A stretch of 64,000 nucleotides of DNA from contig SMSO01000031.1 of assembly GCA_004764695.1 (NCBI GenBank), forward strand, positions 6,368,761 through 6,432,760, given 5' to 3'. The position numbers were made by a program, and so were the translations under genes. Source of the stretch: Schizochytrium sp. TIO01 (Eukaryota > Protista > Bigyra: Labyrinthulomycetes). Positions 61,363-64,000 of this stretch are shown piece by piece (positions within the stretch are counted from its first letter, which is position 1; each line of letters begins with the position of its first letter). The notes under the pieces were generated by a model. It was not told the DNA's origin and did no database searches. It was given only the letters and a program-made list of their open reading frames with translations.

Positions 61363-62488
61363 CTTCGCTGTGAGCTGAGACTCGTTTCAGATCTGCTGTT
61401 TATCAAAACCTGTTGACGAACCAAATCGCTAACCTTGTTGCCTTTATAAAGAGAGAGTAGCGGACTTCGCGCGGTAACACTGATCATTCCAAGCCAGCTA
61501 CCGAGCAAGACGCAAGACGAAAGCAATTTCTAACACTGTTAGTCCTGCAAAAGCTTTGGTGCTCACGATTAGAAGTCATGAAGACTGCAGTCCTAATACT
61601 TTACTTCTATTAGTGTTTTGGCTAACTAACCCATATTGCTTTGCTTTTTTGAGGATCTAGCATCTGTTCCAAATACAAGGCAGTCGATAGATTTTTTCAG
61701 GACATCTTTCAAAGCTGGCAGGGATCAAGACTACTCATCTCTATTGCTGAGCTCCTTATAATTAATAGGTGCATTTGGCTCTGGGTTAAGTAACTAGGGT
61801 TTGCGAAGAACATTATCAAGATCTGATTGCAATCGTGTGTTTTGTTGGCGAGAATATGAACGTTTCAGTATATGCAGAATGATTTGGAAGGAAAATGAGA
61901 ACCCCCTCAAGAAAAAAAATCCACGCGATTTGCGAAGAATTATTTACAGGATTTCATACATCGCTCCAGGGAGCAAAAACATAGCAGAAGCACGAAATGC
62001 GCATATTTCTAGTTATGTTCAGGCTAGAAGAATAAATTGTGGAGGAGGATTAAGAGGAATGGTGAGTACTTTTATGACTCTACTTCCTCATTCGTTTTGG
62101 GGTTGTAATGGGACAATTTATGTGATCGAACCTAGATTTGCAAGGAGAAGTAGCTCTTCTGCTTGTGGCCGCGTCACCAAGATACAAACTCTATCAAAAA
62201 CGATTTTCGATTGTTCATCAGTCAGAAAAAAAAAAAAATCCATTTCAATTATTATTTTTAGAAGTTTATCATTGCAAGTGTTGACTAGTATGCGAAACGT
62301 TGATAATCCAGGCCTACATGTCAATCAAGCATTACATGGCTTTAGATAGATAAAAGAATGATTGCCCTTCAAAATATCTGAGGGAAGCACCAATTTCTTT
62401 GTGTTAGGACCTTAAAAAACGTCTCTAAAGCGTTGGGGCAGTATTGACCGAAGATTTACAGAAAGATTTGTTGTGCGAAAGGGCAACA

Positions 62489-63550
62489 TCAGGCTACAAC
62501 AGCGGTGTTGGCATCTGCAGGAACTGCCTCGTCAGATGCAAGAGGGAATGAACCGTGCTCAAGCTGACGGGCCATCTCAGCCTCAACGTTGGGAGGCTGC
62601 CAGCCAGGAGGCTTGATAATTTTACCATCCTCACGGCGCAAGAATTCGCCAGTGCTTGGATCACGCTTGTTCATGTTCGCCTGGTGAACAACTGCAAAGA
62701 GGCTGCTGATATTCATACCATGGCGTGCAGCAGAGTTCAGGGAGTAGTAGTATGAATCGACAAGAGCATCAGCTTGGTCAGCAATAAGCTGAGTCAGGTC
62801 ATCCTGCTGGGTCTTGGGGATATCCTTGCTGTCGCGAATGAACCCCTTCAGATCACTCTTGGCTTGCTCAGGGCCCATGACCGTGGCCATAAACTCCATG
62901 ATCTCATCAAGCATCATTTTAGCCAAGAAGAACAAGCCATCGTAAGAGAAAGCCTCAGGAATTTTTGGAATAGGGCTGCCAGCTGCCTCGGTGAATTCGC
63001 ATACCTGCTCAGCATCAGATTGAGGGGTGCTCCCCTCTGGCTTTTCACTTCGAGCCGAAAAGCCGCCCTCCTTGAGCTGACGGGCAATCTCACCTTCAAC
63101 GTTGGGAGGCTGCCAGCCCTTGGGCTTGATAATCTTTCCGTCCTCGCGTTTGAGAAACTTGCCTGTTTCCGGATCGCGCTTGTTCATGTTAGCCTGATGC
63201 ACAACCGCAAAAAGGCTGCTCAAGTTGATGCCTTGGCGAGCAGAGGCATTAAGGGAGTAGTAGTAAGCGTCCACGAGGGCATCAGCCTGGTCAGCCATGC
63301 GTTGGATTTCACCATTCTCCATCCCTTCGTAGTCCGGGAGCTCGAGGTTGCGGCTCTCGTCAATGAAACCGCAGAGCTTGTCCTTCGCCACAGCAGGTTC
63401 CTCAACGGTTGCTGTGAACTCCATCATCTCGTCCAGCATCATCTTTGCCAGAAACTGCACCTGCTCGACGCTCATGGCCTCCGGGTGCTCCGGGGCACGC
63501 TGTCCAGCGCCAACGGTGAACTCTCGAACATGGTATGCGTCTGTGGTCAT
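62489..63550 (-). CDS. Tandem two-domain MazG-like/PRA-PH all-alpha nucleotide pyrophosphohydrolase
   Basis: 353 aa with two similar halves. Each has V.EFT, KMMLDE.ME, ADQADALVD.YYY, LFAVVHQANMNK and REDGKIIKP.GWQPP. Confidence 0.88.
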   Translation of the reverse strand: MTTDAYHVREFTVGAGQRAPEHPEAMSVEQVQFLAKMMLDEMMEFTATVEEPAVAKDKLCGFIDESRNLELPDYEGMENGEIQRMADQADALVDAYYYSLNASARQGINLSSLFAVVHQANMNKRDPETGKFLKREDGKIIKPKGWQPPNVEGEIARQLKEGGFSARSEKPEGSTPQSDAEQVCEFTEAAGSPIPKIPEAFSYDGLFFLAKMMLDEIMEFMATVMGPEQAKSDLKGFIRDSKDIPKTQQDDLTQLIADQADALVDSYYYSLNSAARHGMNISSLFAVVHQANMNKRDPSTGEFLRREDGKIIKPPGWQPPNVEAEMARQLEHGSFPLASDEAVPADANTAVVA

Positions 63551-64000
63551 CTTTGTCTATTGCCTTGTCCTCCCGCTCAACACGCTACTCACCAGGAATC
63601 TATATAGAATCAAATGTCAGTTCTGGATTTGGTTTTGCTACCTACCTTCACAACATTCTCGAGACAATCTTGATTCCCAATTGATCGATCGACTCGGTCG
63701 TTAGGATGCTCACCTAACTACCCACTGTGGTAGAGTTTCCGCTAGCCCCCTTCGCTCTATCGCCTAGATCGCAGGAAACTCAGCAAACTTTTGCAGTGCG
63801 CGTTCACTCAAATACTCGCAGCCTGATAACTGAATGGACCTCGAAAGCAGCATTGCCAATCTATGAATGTCGCAAAGGATCATACGGAAACCCCCAGATG
63901 TGGCAAGCAATATCTAAGATCTCATGGTTTGCTGCAATCAATCGCTCGTCGTTAGACTAGGACACATTTAACCTGTCCATATGTGCAACAAAGAGGGAAA

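Noticed and set aside
62774-63607. 277 aa plus-strand ORF
   Set aside because: Antisense shadow of the MazG-like gene; non-ATG start and no motifs.

Overview
Eukaryotic nuclear DNA, most likely a thraustochytrid/labyrinthulomycete stramenopile. This is inferred from mostly intronless genes, a flagellar GAS8/DRC4 gene, a DGAT2 with a long multi-TM N-terminus, and microsatellite-rich intergenic DNA. About 11 intact host genes are present: NCKX exchanger, ABHD/YheT hydrolase, class II CPD photolyase, NIPA transporter, a tail-anchored unknown, a coiled-coil/2xPH protein, spliced SFT2, GAS8, DGAT2-like, MCU and a tandem MazG-like pyrophosphatase. Between NCKX and the hydrolase lies a ~15 kb island (~14.2-29.1 kb) of densely packed, decayed ORFs. 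It includes two relics resembling large-DNA-virus antirepressor-like DNA-binding genes, an ankyrin relic, a PAN/apple-like relic and an acidic protein, and looks like an eroding endogenous viral element. Its only long intact ORF is a Crinkler-type HNH nuclease gene bracketed by a ~75 bp direct repeat copied from the 3' end of the neighbouring virus-like gene. A second Crinkler-associated relic (P-loop NTPase) and an imperfect palindrome lie at 55-57 kb. No rRNA, tRNA or CRISPR array was recognised. All family calls are from motif recognition by eye, not database searches.
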